NCBI RefSeq assembly: GCF_006345805.1
Contig: NC_043000.1
Span: forward strand, 78,926,001 to 78,990,000
Direction of reading: 5' to 3'
DNA: 64,000 nt
Source of the DNA: Octopus sinensis
Lineage: Eukaryota
The position numbers were made by a program, and so were the translations under genes. The notes beneath the pieces are model-generated. The model saw only the letters and a list, made by a program, of their open reading frames with translations, made no database searches and was not told the origin of the DNA. Positions 12,131 through 24,714 of the stretch are shown here, piece by piece (position 1 is the first letter of the stretch; each line of letters starts with the position of its first letter).

Positions 12131-13190
12131 ATTAACCAACCTGTTTTTAATCCTATGTAATGTTTGTTCAGAAACATTATGAAAGGGGCTTAGCTATGTG
12201 TCCGCCATTATCACCGATAAAAGCCAATATATACTTTGAGAATTTGGCTTTAGGATCAACACTACTAAAACCAACACTATGGCTGCGATATGTTGATGAC
12301 ACCTCTATACTCTGGCCCCACCAGGAAGATGTCCAAGTGCTGTTAGATCATGTGAACTGAATATAGCCATCCATATAGTTCACAAAAGGAAAAAGACAAT
12401 CATCTAGCATTCCTGGACGTATTAATAACACGCACCAAGTATGGATTCAGGACATCCGTATACCGCAAGTCGACCTTCACTGGACGACACCTCAACTTCA
12501 ATCCCCACCATCAATACAGTGTAAAGGGAGGGATTGCTCAGTGCCTAAAACATTGAGCAAAGAATATATGTAGCGATCGTGATACACACCACGATGAAAT
12601 GATCAAACTCATTAACAATCTATTAAGCTCCAACTACCCACAAAACATACTATCCACCCCATTTATAAAGAACAGGGTTGATGAAACCAATAAACTATCC
12701 ACAGTCTGTCTACCCTATATGGAAAGCCTCTCCGGAAAGATACAAAAAATACGCAGCCCATATGACAGTCTCCAAGAGCAATACAACACTTTGCAAATAT
12801 CTCCTTCGCGTAAAACCACCTATAGAAGAGAATATGACCAAAAACTGCGTGTACTCCACGCCATGCAGCTGTGGTAGGTTTTACAAAGGCGAAACATGCT
12901 ACCCCCTCAAAATAAGGGGAGAGGAACATCGCAAAGCTGAGACATGAGGAGATATTGATCAATCGAATATAGTTGATTATATATGGAAACATGGAGACTA
13001 CCTCTCCCCGTGGGCTAAAGTTAAAATAATAGACAGAGAACACCATTGAAAAATACAAAAACTAAAAGAAGCAGCACACATGCTAAGATACAACAACCTC
13101 CTAAGCAGACTGAGTGCCAATATGAATATGGAAGCAGGTATTAAGGAAGGATAGGAAAATATTAGATTTATAAGCCCCAAAATTCACTAC

Positions 13191-13258
13191 GGGCATATGA
13201 CGTATTGGTTAAGAACGCGGTCTACTAACCCAAGATTCCGAGTTCGATTCCAGGCAGT
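13191..13258 (+). promoter_or_regulatory. tRNA-like Pol III promoter module (not a functional tRNA)
   Basis: A-box-like tgacgtattgg (13198) and B-box gttcgattcc (13242), with anticodon-loop-like ctactaa between. The acceptor stem does not pair. Confidence 0.6.
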
Positions 13259-13340
13259 GACCTGAATAATAATAATAATATAAATAATAATATCGAAAAA
13301 TACCTAAGGAATAAGAATCCAGTTCCGAAATTTCGCCAAG

Positions 13341-13382
13341 ATACCTAATGAAGGCTGGAGGGTATATAGCCGAAACGTTGTG
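13341..13382 (+). ncRNA. Degenerate minimal type I hammerhead
   Basis: atac-CTAATGA-aggct...agcc-GAAAC-gttgtg. Stem II is GGCT/AGCC and the palindrome AACGTT is present, but the core CTGATGA carries a G>A change. Confidence 0.55.
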
Positions 13383-13559
13383 CTAACAACAAACAAGATG
13401 AGGGCAAATATCCGTCAAATGTAAATAATGTAAAGAATGTACATATTTCCTCATCTCTCAAATATAGAACAGAAGAAAAGAGAGCTGAATTTCTGTAGCC
13501 CTTCAGATATGTGAAGTTGCTTACTGCTTGCAAACGAGCCAGTCACTATATGTCTCACT

Positions 13560-14370
13560 AACAAAATGTGAAGAAGATGAAAGTGATGTTTGGCGAGAGC
13601 AAAAAACAGAAATTGCAAACTCTAACAGGAGTTAAACGCTGTAAGTGAGGATCTCCCACATCAGAGGAGTATTATCGGAAGAGAAACAATAAACCAAATA
13701 TTTAACCGGAACCATGTAGCAAAGTACACAAGCATCAGAGAATAAGCAGTAAACAAATAGAAGCTTCTTCACCAGAAGTCAGAAACTCCATCTGGAGAAA
13801 AATCTGGAGTGAATAGATGGAGTTCAACAGAAACGCTCTGTGACTGGAAGAAATTCGAAGAAGTTATTTTCCCTGCATTACACCCAAGACATACAGCATT
13901 GATAGTGATACTATTGTGACTGTAAGCCAGAAACTTCAGGATGCAAGAGCACCTGGAAGAGACTTGACTTTTGGATACTGGTACAAGAAGATAGCCCTCT
14001 ATCAATCATACCTTATAAACCTATACCAGCAGGCTCTCCTTGAGTATAGCAGCATACCACACTGGTTAGATCTGAGAAAGACAAAACTGAAGACCCAAAA
14101 CAGAACCACCCATATATGAAAAAGTACCGACCAGTATCATGCCACAACTTAATGTATAAAATATATGCAACATGTTTAAACCCGTTTCTTCAAGACCATT
14201 TTGAATGTTATAACATCGTCACAGCAGAAAAAGCAGCTGGAAAGAAGGGGCTCTTGCGATATGATGAACAACTATTGATAAACAAAACTGTAATGTCAGA
14301 GGTGCGGGGTAGAAGAGGAACCTAGTTTCGATGTCACTGGACTACAAGAAAGACATTGAGTTTCTGCACA
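13560..14370 (+). mobile_element. R4/Dong-like non-LTR RT fragment (N-terminal RT domains)
   Basis: RAPGRDL..GYWYKK, KYRPVSCHNLMYKIYATCL, KAAGKKG...EQLLINK. Confidence 0.7.
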
Positions 14371-14731
14371 CATACACAGATACCACAAAACCGGATATAG
14401 CACTCTCCGAACATCCCATTTTTAATGTTCAGTTTTGATATCTATTGTTTATTTATTTATTAAATTTTCTAAAATTATAATTCGAATAATGACATCAAGC
14501 TAAATATCTCTTTTAGCTAGAGCTAATCAACCTATGTTTGGATTTTATTATCTCAAAAATTTCTTCCCTACATAATTGACATTTACTATCTGAAATTTGT
14601 TAAGCTCTGGCATGTCTTACAACTTCATATTTAATCTTATAATTTTTCCCATTATCATTTAACATAGATATAAATTTGTTCAAACTAGTATTGTTGATTT
14701 TATGCTAATTTCTAAAACAACTCTTATGTTT

Positions 14732-14807
<76 letters not shown>

Positions 14808-15589
14808 TATATATGATATATAGTAAATTAGAAATGGAGTCAAACGCAGGTGTTATTCAAATCTTTATACTTCCAACATATATTTCGACGAAAGCATTGA
14901 TATTATTCCGGAGGGAATAAAAATGATGTAAAACAATGCAATCATCTCGTCAGGAAAAAAAAGAGAAACGAAACACATCAACAAGCCATTTTAACCGAAT
15001 GTGATTACCGTGTAATATCCTTGGCACTTATGTGAAATTTTGCTACACTGGTAACTTTATTTTTTTCCGTGTTATTTGTACACATTGAGAAAAAACACAT
15101 ACATTTATATACACTCCAGGTTTCCATATAATCTGCAAATAAAATAGTTACCACATTTGAAATTATTTGATATAAACATATCTCTTAAGAATATACCCAT
15201 TCCCTTAAGAAAGGTTTTCCTTAAACAACTCATTACCAAGACAAACTCATTTATATGGCTTGCTAGAATTTTACAGTTCACTTACAGATTATATTTGTAA
15301 TGTGCGAAATAACCAAATACGTGACTAGACGCTTTTAGAGTTTGTGTGTATGAATGTATGTGTATGTATCTATGTCAGTATACCCTTGCATTTCCACATT
15401 GTCATTTAGGCGGTTATTCACAAAACCAACGGCGCCAACTTATTACTTCGATAAATCTGAATTTGTAGTTTGGATATAAAAGCTGAGGGTTTCGAAACAG
15501 TTGTCTTTCTCTTTAAGTTTCAAAACTTGTTCACATCTACAGGGCAGCTGACTTCTATGAGTATATGTAATTTTTCTTATTTCTTTACT

Positions 15590-15806
15590 GCCCACAAGGG
15601 GCTAAACATAGAGAGGACAAACAAGGACAGACAAGCGGATTATGTCGATTATATCGACCCCAGTCTGTAATTTATTTAAACGACCCCGAAAGTATGAAAG
15701 CAAAGTCGATCTCGGCGGAATTTGAACTCAGAACGTAACGGCAGACGATATACCTGTAAGCATTTCTCCGGGCGTTGGTAACGTTTCTGCCAGCTCGACG
15801 CCCTTG
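15590..15806 (-). mobile_element. tRNA-derived SINE (family 3); related partial copy at ~46540-46715
   Basis: Minus-strand head ggcgtcgagctggcagaaacgtt...gttctgagttcaaattccgccgagatcgactttgc. Confidence 0.7.
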
Positions 15807-15839
15807 GATATATACATTTTCTTGTCTGTCCTAAATACC

Positions 15840-17060
15840 AATATCCGGTCTTTTATGTTTACATTTGGTCATTTTGATGGAAATGTTCCATTAATATTCC
15901 TTGCGTTGATGTTTATTCAATAGGAGGAGGTTCTCTAAATTTATTCCATAATAGTCTTATTCTTCTGATAGCATTGTATATTGTTGTATCGACTATGTTG
16001 TGTCGCATAGAGAGCTGGTACTTCGAAGACATATTTGGGCAGCTGCTTACCAAGTGGGTGATGTTTTCAACAGAAATGTGACATGCTCAATATTTTCAGC
16101 TCTAAGGCGTCACGCTCTCTTTTTTTTGCTGTAAATTTTGTAGTAATCTTGTTCGAAGTCTGATGTGATGTAGCTTCGAAGAATCCAAGGATGGCTGCAA
16201 TTTATGTCAATATTAGTGTGCTTTCAAGTTTTCGAGAAAGGTACGATGCATAGTCTTCGGTGGGGTATGCGGAGCAATTCACGTTAAGGTTTTCTTTCAG
16301 ACATCTGAGTGCAGCTGTTTAGGGGTTGAATGGGAAGTCGACAAGAAGAGAGTGCTTCTTGAGGATCTCACTACCGACATACAGGATATTGTTCTCTTTG
16401 TTATTCAGTACTAAGTTTATGCATTCAGTACTAACTTTATGCAAGCGTTGTATGAGATAGACTCTACATTGCAAACTGTCTACATCTATCTCAAGCATCT
16501 TCCCACTTCAATTCTTCATGGATAGAGGCAGCCGATATCTTTGCCTCTGTGGAAGTTTCCATTTGATGTTGGGATTTTAATGTCAAAGGCGCGGATTTTC
16601 ACTACAAACCTGTCAACTTCTTCACTGGTACTGCAAGTGGATTGTGGGATATTGATGTGTATGAGGAGAATTCTGCCATATATTTCGAAGTTTATTATAC
16701 TAATCTCGGACCACTCTATCTTTATACATACAACATCTGTGTATGATGTGTTTTCATCAAAGCCTAGGTATTTGTACCATTCTTGATGTGGTAAAGAAGA
16801 CATAGTGAGACCATTGATGCATAAAGTATGTGTTTCTTGGGGACTGATTTTCTACGTGAAACCATCAAATACGAACATTTGTTTTTAGTCAAATTGCATT
16901 TCTCTGTGAGTTGAAAATGATAGCTTCAACAATTTAGTTTTCTCTTTGGCATTTTATAAATCTTAGTATAAATCTTCAGGTTATCCATAAAGAAGTTAAG
17001 TGTTTTGTTGGTCAATGAGTGTGAAAATTGTTCGCCAGTCCTTTGTAATCCTCTCAGTGG
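15840..17060 (-). mobile_element. R4/Dong-like LINE fragment (RT domain 5 to CCHC knuckle)
   Basis: FMDNLKIY (YMDD-like), EWYKYLGF, CHISVENITHLVSSCPNMSSKYQLSMRHNIV. Confidence 0.75.
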
Positions 17061-17099
17061 CGGTAACTAATGCATCAGGTATGTATGTATGCATGTACA

Positions 17100-17760
17100 C
17101 ATGAATGTAAGCATGTATGTATATATGTATGTTATTGCTCAGAACTCTTGCCAATAGAGAAAGATCCGGTTTCTAACCTAGATCCAAGGTTCCTTCATTG
17201 GAATTTCAACATCAAACACAGGGTATTTTTGTATGTATGTATGTATGTATGTATGTATGTATGGATGGATGGATGTATGTATGGATGCATGCATGCATGC
17301 ATGTATGTAGTATGTATGTATGTATGTATGTATGTATGTATGTATGTATGTATGTATGTATGTATGTATTTATGTATGTATGTATGTATGTATGCATGTA
17401 TATATATGTGCAGATTTGTATGTTTTGTCTTATGTACATATTCTCAAGCATATAGTTGCATATCTAGACATGCTCATATATATATTTAAATGACAAACTT
17501 CTGGAAATTTTTGCAGATTTTAAAAGTTCTAGTGATGGATTGGGACAGTATTCTTCGAATTATCTTTCTCCTTTCTGGTTTTGAGAAGCCTAACTTTCTC
17601 AAGACTGGTATTTAGGCAATGTGTTACATATCTCAGGGTCCCAATAATTACAGGTATAAACCTGAACTTATAATCTGGATAGAGTAACTTCAGATTTCTC
17701 AATAGTTCAATGTAGGTAATCTCTTTTTTACTGATCTTCAGCTTTAAGCTAACATCCCGC
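17100..17760 (-). mobile_element. 3' end of R4/Dong-like LINE (restriction-like endonuclease tail and 3'UTR with (ACAT)n)
   Basis: FIPVIIGTLRYVTHCL...KLGFSKPERRKIIRRILSQSITRTFKIC, then an ACAT-rich tail. An inverted copy lies at 24887-25490. Confidence 0.65.
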
Positions 17761-17762
17761 GC

Positions 17763-17816
<54 letters not shown>

Positions 17817-18734
17817 ATAATAATAATAATAATAATAATAATATCGAAAAATACCTTAGGAATGAGAACTCAATATATATTTATATATTGTAAATAAATG
17901 AATATGCATGGCTTAGTATTTAAAGTTATTGACCTATTGTCTCTTTGAGTACAGCCAATTATGGCTCTGGTCTGCTCTACTGCAACAAGTCCCAACCAAG
18001 TGGCCGGCGCAACTCTCTTTCTAGATGTTATATCCAGAATGCTTTGCAGGGTCAGAGCAGGGAAGGTGGAAGTCATTTTGTATATGATCGCCCACAATAG
18101 TTGGCTATCATGCGCATCCATGCCTTCCTGTGCCACACTCAACTTAGCTTGTTATTTACGCACACTTTTTGATACCAGCTGGTGTAGATATCAATTATCT
18201 TCTCTCTCCGTCTTCCCTAGATTCTATGACTGTTCAGTTCTTCAAGGCCCAGTTGGTGGCCAAGATCAAAGCGTTCGAATGTTTTCCCGGGACTTACTGA
18301 AGAACGCATGCGCCACTTTTCAAAGCTTCTTGAAGCCGTAGTGGAAGTTGATGACAGCTACTTTGAGTAAACTATTATATCACAGCCCTAATCTAGTTGA
18401 TAGATTTATATTTTTTAAATGTTTTATGTTTGGATGGGATATTGTTTTCGTTTCCTATTGCACAAACTCTCAAATGTAACCTGAACACACTGTGCGTGTG
18501 TTGTGTGTGTGTGTGTGTGTGTGTCTGAGTGAGTGTGTCTGTGTGTGCATATCTGTGTGTGTGCGTCTGTGTAATAAAAACACAATTAGGCTGAAGTTCA
18601 CTACAGCGGTTTCAAACATGTTTTTGTTGAGGAACAAATCAACATCATACAGAAATGAACGTTTTATTGAGGTTAATTAATATTAAATTCCAAAATTTAT
18701 CATTTAGGATATTTTACACAAAATGTATAGAATG

Positions 18735-18802
<68 letters not shown>

Positions 18803-18810
18803 CATATATG

Positions 18811-18983
<173 letters not shown>

Positions 18984-19176
18984 AATAAAAAAATTGCCTG
19001 CCAACAACTTGGTTCCAGGTTCAATCCCACTGTGCGATTGCAACCTGGGCAAGTGTCTTTTTTTCTAGCTCCGGGTCGAGAAATTCTTATCAGGGTATTT
19101 GGTAGACAGAAACTAAAATCGACCATTCGTTTACGTAGGTATGTCCGTATGTATATGTTATGTATGTATGTATATA

Positions 19177-19217
<41 letters not shown>

Positions 19218-19219
<2 letters not shown>

Positions 19220-20168
19220 ACTAATGTAGGATAAAATTTTTTCGAAAAATTTTATCAATGGCCAGCATATCAAAAAATAACTTAAAGGTTAAATTTATTA
19301 ATAACTTCTAAAATAAGGGCAAAAGTAAAGTTCTAATGCCAAATATGCCGAAAAAAAGACAAAATTGTCAATAACCATTGTAATTTATGCGTCTCGAAAC
19401 AAGCCGATAGAAATTTCTAAAAAATCCGTTATTACCTTATTGGTCCCAATTTTGGGGTTAATTCATAAGAATTTTCCCCTCCTCAGCGATAAATGCGTTA
19501 GACATAAATCAAATACTTACTCATACCCATGGAAAAAGCAAGCAGTAAGTCCTGAGCAGACCTAAGTACCCCAAATATATCCAAAATAGAGAATCTTCGG
19601 CACATGTCGAGAAACGTGTGATTCGAACTAGAAACTTTCACAGAGTGAGAGAATCCGGAAGTGAACACTTAAATTTACAACTAATATAGGATAAAATTTT
19701 TTCTAAAAAAAATTTTTATCAATGGCCAGCATATCAAAAAATACCTTTAAAGGTTAAATTGATAAATTACTTATAAAATAAGGGCAAAAGATAAATTGTA
19801 ATGCCAAATATGCCGAAAAAAAGACAAAATTGTCAATGACCATTGTAATTTATGCGTCTCGAAACAAGCCGATAGAAATTTCTAAAAAGGCCGTTATTAC
19901 CATATTTGTCCCAATACAATTCTCTCACTCTGTGAAAGTTTCTAGTTCGAATCACACGTTTCTCGAGATGTGCCGAAGATTTTCTATTTTGGATACATTT
20001 GGGGTACTTAGGTCTGCTCAGGACTTACTGCTTGCTTTTTCCATGGGTATGAGTAAGTATTTCATTTATGTCTAACGTATTTATCGCTGAGGAGGGGAAC
20101 ATTCTTATGAATTAACCCCGAAATTCGGACCAATACGGTAATAACTGATATTTTAGAAATTTGTATCT
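19218..20168. repeat. Direct-plus-inverted local duplication (a-b-a'-b inverted)
   Basis: 19218-19440 is repeated at 19678-19912, and 19405-19651 is the reverse complement of 19919-20168. Confidence 0.85.
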
Positions 20169-20735
20169 ATGTTAATAGAAATTGATATATATATATTTAT
20201 AGAGATATAAAATGATTTCTATATTTTCTATTCCTATATAAGATACTAAAATTTATTAGAATCCTTAGGAAAAAAACTACCTGAAGGATATTTATTTAAA
20301 ATTCGCAAACTGAATTATGGCTGTTAAATGGTAAACGACATTAGAAACACCTAGAGCATTAGTAGCCTCTACTCTCCTTACTCCACTAACTTTAGCCTAC
20401 TAACTTTAACCAAAATACATTCAAATATGTTAAATTCTTCATAATGGGAATGATTTATGGCTCTGACATATGTACTACCCGTTCCTCTATAAATAGAAAA
20501 AATTCTTGTTTGTTTCCATTGAACGAAACGAAGAAACCCCCTCCCCCATTGATAAATCTAAATAACAACGTGAACTCAGTGATAAAAAATCTACAGATGG
20601 AGAAGGACCTTCTACTACCATGTTCTTAATGATAAGATTAACCTCTCTGTCTATATATCTACCCTCTTTGTAATGTTGGCAAATGAAATAAGTATACAAA
20701 TGTACATTGTGCATTTAATTAAAAAATGTCTATAT

Positions 20736-20821
20736 GTGGCTGAAGATTGCTTTACATTTTAGAACTGATGTAATACTAACATTGTTTAATAAAATGAAGT
20801 AGCATGAAACGATTGTACTAC
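20736..20821 (+). ncRNA. Type I hammerhead ribozyme with extended stem II
   Basis: GTGG-CTGAAGA-tTGCT..CATTTTA...TAAAATG..AGCAt-GAAAC-GATT-GTA^CTAC. Stem I has one wobble and the first pair of stem II is mismatched. Confidence 0.7.
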
Positions 20822-21560
20822 ACGACCTTGGATATCCTTGTTGCTTATTTTGATTATAATCGTCCCATTTGATTTATATGGATAATACCATACCAAATTC
20901 TGGCGCCTTTAACTTAAGTACCATACACATCTGAATCTAAATTTTGCTGAACTTATATATACATATATATGCATACATATATATGTATATATATACATAA
21001 ACACACAAGCACACACACACATATATATATTTATATATATGTATGTATTATGTATATGTGTGTGTGTGTTCATGTATGTATTTTAAAGTCAGTTGGGTTT
21101 GAAGTTGGTGTATTTCTAGAGAACCGGAATACTCTACCCATATACTGGGTTATCAACACTCGGGATTCAAGCCAAGCAAAGGCCGGAATATATCTGATGA
21201 CCAAAATCTACGTTTCACGTCACATGGTTTGGCAAAGAGAAAATGATACAATGAAATTAAAGAAGATAAAGAAAATTCTTTAACACATCTGTAATTATTA
21301 GTTACACATTTTCCCGTACCGTCTCCATTTGCAACGCTAGTTTACGCAAAAATTATAAATGAAAAGTTACGTAATATATGTGGTTTTTGGCATTGGAGAG
21401 GCGCTAGAAAGACCTGCATCAAAGTTGTGTTATTACAGACGTCATTGTCATGTAAGTATCCGGAGGACATGAAAGTCAGAAAATTAAAACTGTGTATGCG
21501 GGATGGATCTGTGGGGAAGAAATTATGTGAGGGGCGAATGAAGAGGGTGGATACATGTCA

Positions 21561-21736
21561 AAATAAAAGGGAGAAGTGAAGGAGAGGGAGGAAAACGAAC
21601 AAGGGGAAGGAGAAGAATCGGAAGAAGGAAGAGAAAGAATAGAAGAAGAAAAGGAGAAGAAGAAGAAGAAGAAGAAGAGAAAAAAAGAGGAAGAAGAATA
21701 AGATGATGAATGAAGAAGAAGAAGAAAGAAGAAGAA

Positions 21737-21770
<34 letters not shown>

Positions 21771-21839
21771 TAGAAGAAGAAGAAGAAGAAGAAGAAGAAG
21801 AAGAAGAAGAAGAAGAAGAAGAAGAAGGAAGGAGAAGAA
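21561..21839. repeat. Polypurine tract with (GAA)n-(GAT)n-(GAA)n
   Basis: Directly visible. Confidence 0.9.
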
Positions 21840-22633
21840 TTCTAGGTGTGTGACAACTGGTACTGTCAAGGCCATTTTTGACAATGTTCATCAAAGGGAA
21901 CACTATATAATTAACCACGCAGCGACATTAGACGGTGACAACTTAAAGTGAAAAGTTCTAATACGTAAATAACTAGACAATCGTCCGGATGAGGAAGTTA
22001 AAGATGTATGTTGTGTTGCGAGGTAAAATTTATGATGTTACAATGTTTCGGCACTGGGAGAGAGGTACAAGTAGTAATAGTAAAAGACGATCATACATAC
22101 AGAAATGTACACAAACACACAGGTACACACACACATACTTGTTGTGGAGCGGTCTGTGTATATCTGTGCAAATATAAGAGTAATCGTCTGAGTATGAGTG
22201 CGTGAGCGTGTGATTGTGTCTGTGTACGTGAGTGAGCATGTGTTTGGGTACGTGTGTGTGTGTCCACGCGTGTCTTCGATCCAAATGTGTATGTGTCTCT
22301 ATGTGTGTGTTTGTGTATGCATGTATTTACATCGATACATACAAGACCTCACATACACGTACAAATAAATCTACACACAAACACACGCACACGCACAAAA
22401 AGACACCCACACGATCGTATAGATGTATCAGCCCATCCATACAACACGGATATACGCACATACATACGTACATACATACATACATACACACACACATACT
22501 ACAAACATGCATACACATATATACGTAAATAAATACATACACAGATACATTCATACATATATATATATATATACATGTTTCCGTACACACGCTCATACAT
22601 ACATATATGTACACATATATACATATACACACA

Positions 22634-22679
<46 letters not shown>

Positions 22680-22752
22680 CATATATATGTATAAATGTGT
22701 GTGTGTGTGTCTCATATATTAAAAGAGATTTGTGTGTGGTGCGTGTGTGTGT

Positions 22753-22787
<35 letters not shown>

Positions 22788-23529
22788 TGTGTGTGTATGT
22801 GTGCGTTGTTTCCTTATGGATTCGAAAACTGAGTTGCCGAAATTGACGTATGAGGTATCACAATATTTAGTAAACTTTCGTCTAATAAATAAAGTATAAT
22901 TTTTGAACAAGAACTCTTTTTTACTCCAATGATTACCTCGATAACCAGGTCGGCTCGCACAATGTTGAGGCTTTCACCGAAGAGTAACCACTCTACCTGA
23001 ACACTCTTAAAATACATGGATTTTTACGAAGGAATACTCCCGAAGATATACCCGTCAAGTTTGTTAGAATTATTTTTGTAGATAATCGTTTAATGTGAAG
23101 TGTCTTTGTTTAGTCCAGAATTCATCCGATGTAGCACACCCATCGCATATTTTACTTCTTTTCTTCTACCTGAAATAGTGTAAATCTGTATTTTGATTTG
23201 TTTAACAGAGATTTGGCTGCTATTGTAGTAGATCAAGTAACAACAGAGACACTTCTATGTGTGTGTTTTGTTGTGGTGAACCCCACATTTTGCACAATAA
23301 CTTTTAAAGAAATCTGCACATCTTACGGCTAACCATTTAACTTCTTTCGATTGTCCCCATGATGACGTATCCCCTGAAAAAATCCCGTTGATCATTCTGA
23401 GCTCAGTGCGTATTTCAATCTGGCTTTTATTTTTAGATCTCTGCCTGATAAAGTGCCAACTTTGAGACATAGGACAAAATACTCGATTTAACAAAAATTG
23501 TACGCACACGCGCGCGAACACACACACAC

Positions 23530-23572
<43 letters not shown>

Positions 23573-23574
23573 TA

Positions 23575-24714
23575 TTTCTAGTTAATTTTTTTAATTTTCA
23601 GATCATTAAAACGGAATATCAAGCTAAGAAAAACGAGTATTTTCGATACCTCATTATTTTTGCTATTAATCAAGGTTCTAAGGCCGCAAAAGCTGCTCTC
23701 GACATTTGTGCTGTGTATGGAGAGGGTGCCATAGCTCAAAGAACCGCTCGTGATTGGCATGCCAAATTCAAAAATGGAAATTTTGACCTGAAAGATGTAC
23801 CTCGTTCTGGCCGTACAGTTGAGTTCAATGAAGAGCGATTTAACCAACTCGTCAAACGACAAGGGAACTGGCAGAGAAAATGGAATGTTCCCACACGGCT
23901 TTAGAGAAGCATCTTCACTCGATGGGAAAATTTCAGAAGTATGGAGCATGGGTTCCGCATGCTTTAATTGACCACAACAAAAATCAACGAGCCACATTCT
24001 CCGCTGGTTTGCTTGATCGTCACCGCTCAACTCATGGACAGAAACAACGATTTCTTTACCGAATCGTTACTGGCGACGGAAAATGGTGCCCGTATATCCA
24101 TATGAAGCAGCGTAAGGAATGGCTTAGCTCCGGTAAACAAGCGACACCGCGCGTGAAACAAGATCTTCATCCGCGTAAGATGATGTTGTGCGTATGGTGG
24201 GACTGGGAAGGGAGTATCCATTACGGATTGTTTGAACGGAACCAAACAGTCAATGTGGAACTCTATGTTCAGTTGATGGAACAACTCAACATGGCTATTC
24301 AAGAGAAAAGACCTAATCAGCAGCATGGAATTCTATTGTTGTACGACAAAGCCCGCCCTCATATCGCCAATATGACCAAGGAAGCCATTCGAACGCATGC
24401 CTGGGAGGTGTTGCCACACCCGCCGTACTCTCCTGATTGGCACAACGTTTTTTCCACCTCTTTCGATCTCTTTCAAATGCTATGCGCGGAGATTCGTTCA
24501 ATGCTGATGCAGAACTGAGAGCTTCGTTGGATAAATTCTTCGAGTCGAAATCGGATGATTTCTACCAACGAGGTATTAAAAATCTTGTTGAGCGATGAGA
24601 AGAAGCTATAAACAACAAGGTTGGATACATTATTAATTAATTAGTTGATATTTGATTAAACCTTAAAAAAAATTAAAATTTCAAACACGGCTGAACTTAT
24701 TTGCCAACCCAATA
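23575..24714 (+). mobile_element. Decayed mariner (Tc1/mariner) transposon
   Basis: HTH segment (GAIAQRTARDWHAKFKNGNFDLKDVPRSGR), WVPHAL, TGDGKW, LLYDKARPH, HPPYSPD. Right TIR ...ttatttgccaacccaa is followed by TA. The left TIR is lost to a (CA)n run, and the ORF is frameshifted. Confidence 0.9.

Larger units (their letters stand above)
12150..13480 (+). mobile_element. Decayed Poseidon-type PLE (RT, GIY-YIG, 3' pseudo-LTR); arm C copy at 62980-64000, arm B copy truncated at 25493-25700
   Basis: GLAMCPPLSPIKANIY, WLRYVDDT, and NCVYSTPCSCGRFYKGETCYPLKIRGEEH (GIY-YIG). Confidence 0.85.
1..17634 (+). repeat. Segmental duplication arm A
   Basis: Colinear with arm B (inverted, 24887-33600) and arm C (direct, 53245-64000), apart from TE indels. 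Confidence 0.92.

Noticed and set aside
13191-13260. Possible tRNA gene (likewise the SINE heads at 60600-60678, 11626 and 39712)
   Set aside because: No acceptor-stem pairing or full cloverleaf; these are tRNA-derived repeat heads.
17870-18370. ORFs 17870-18142 and 17961-18341 as host genes
   Set aside because: No splice or domain support; the sequence looks like a degenerate LINE remnant that I could not classify.
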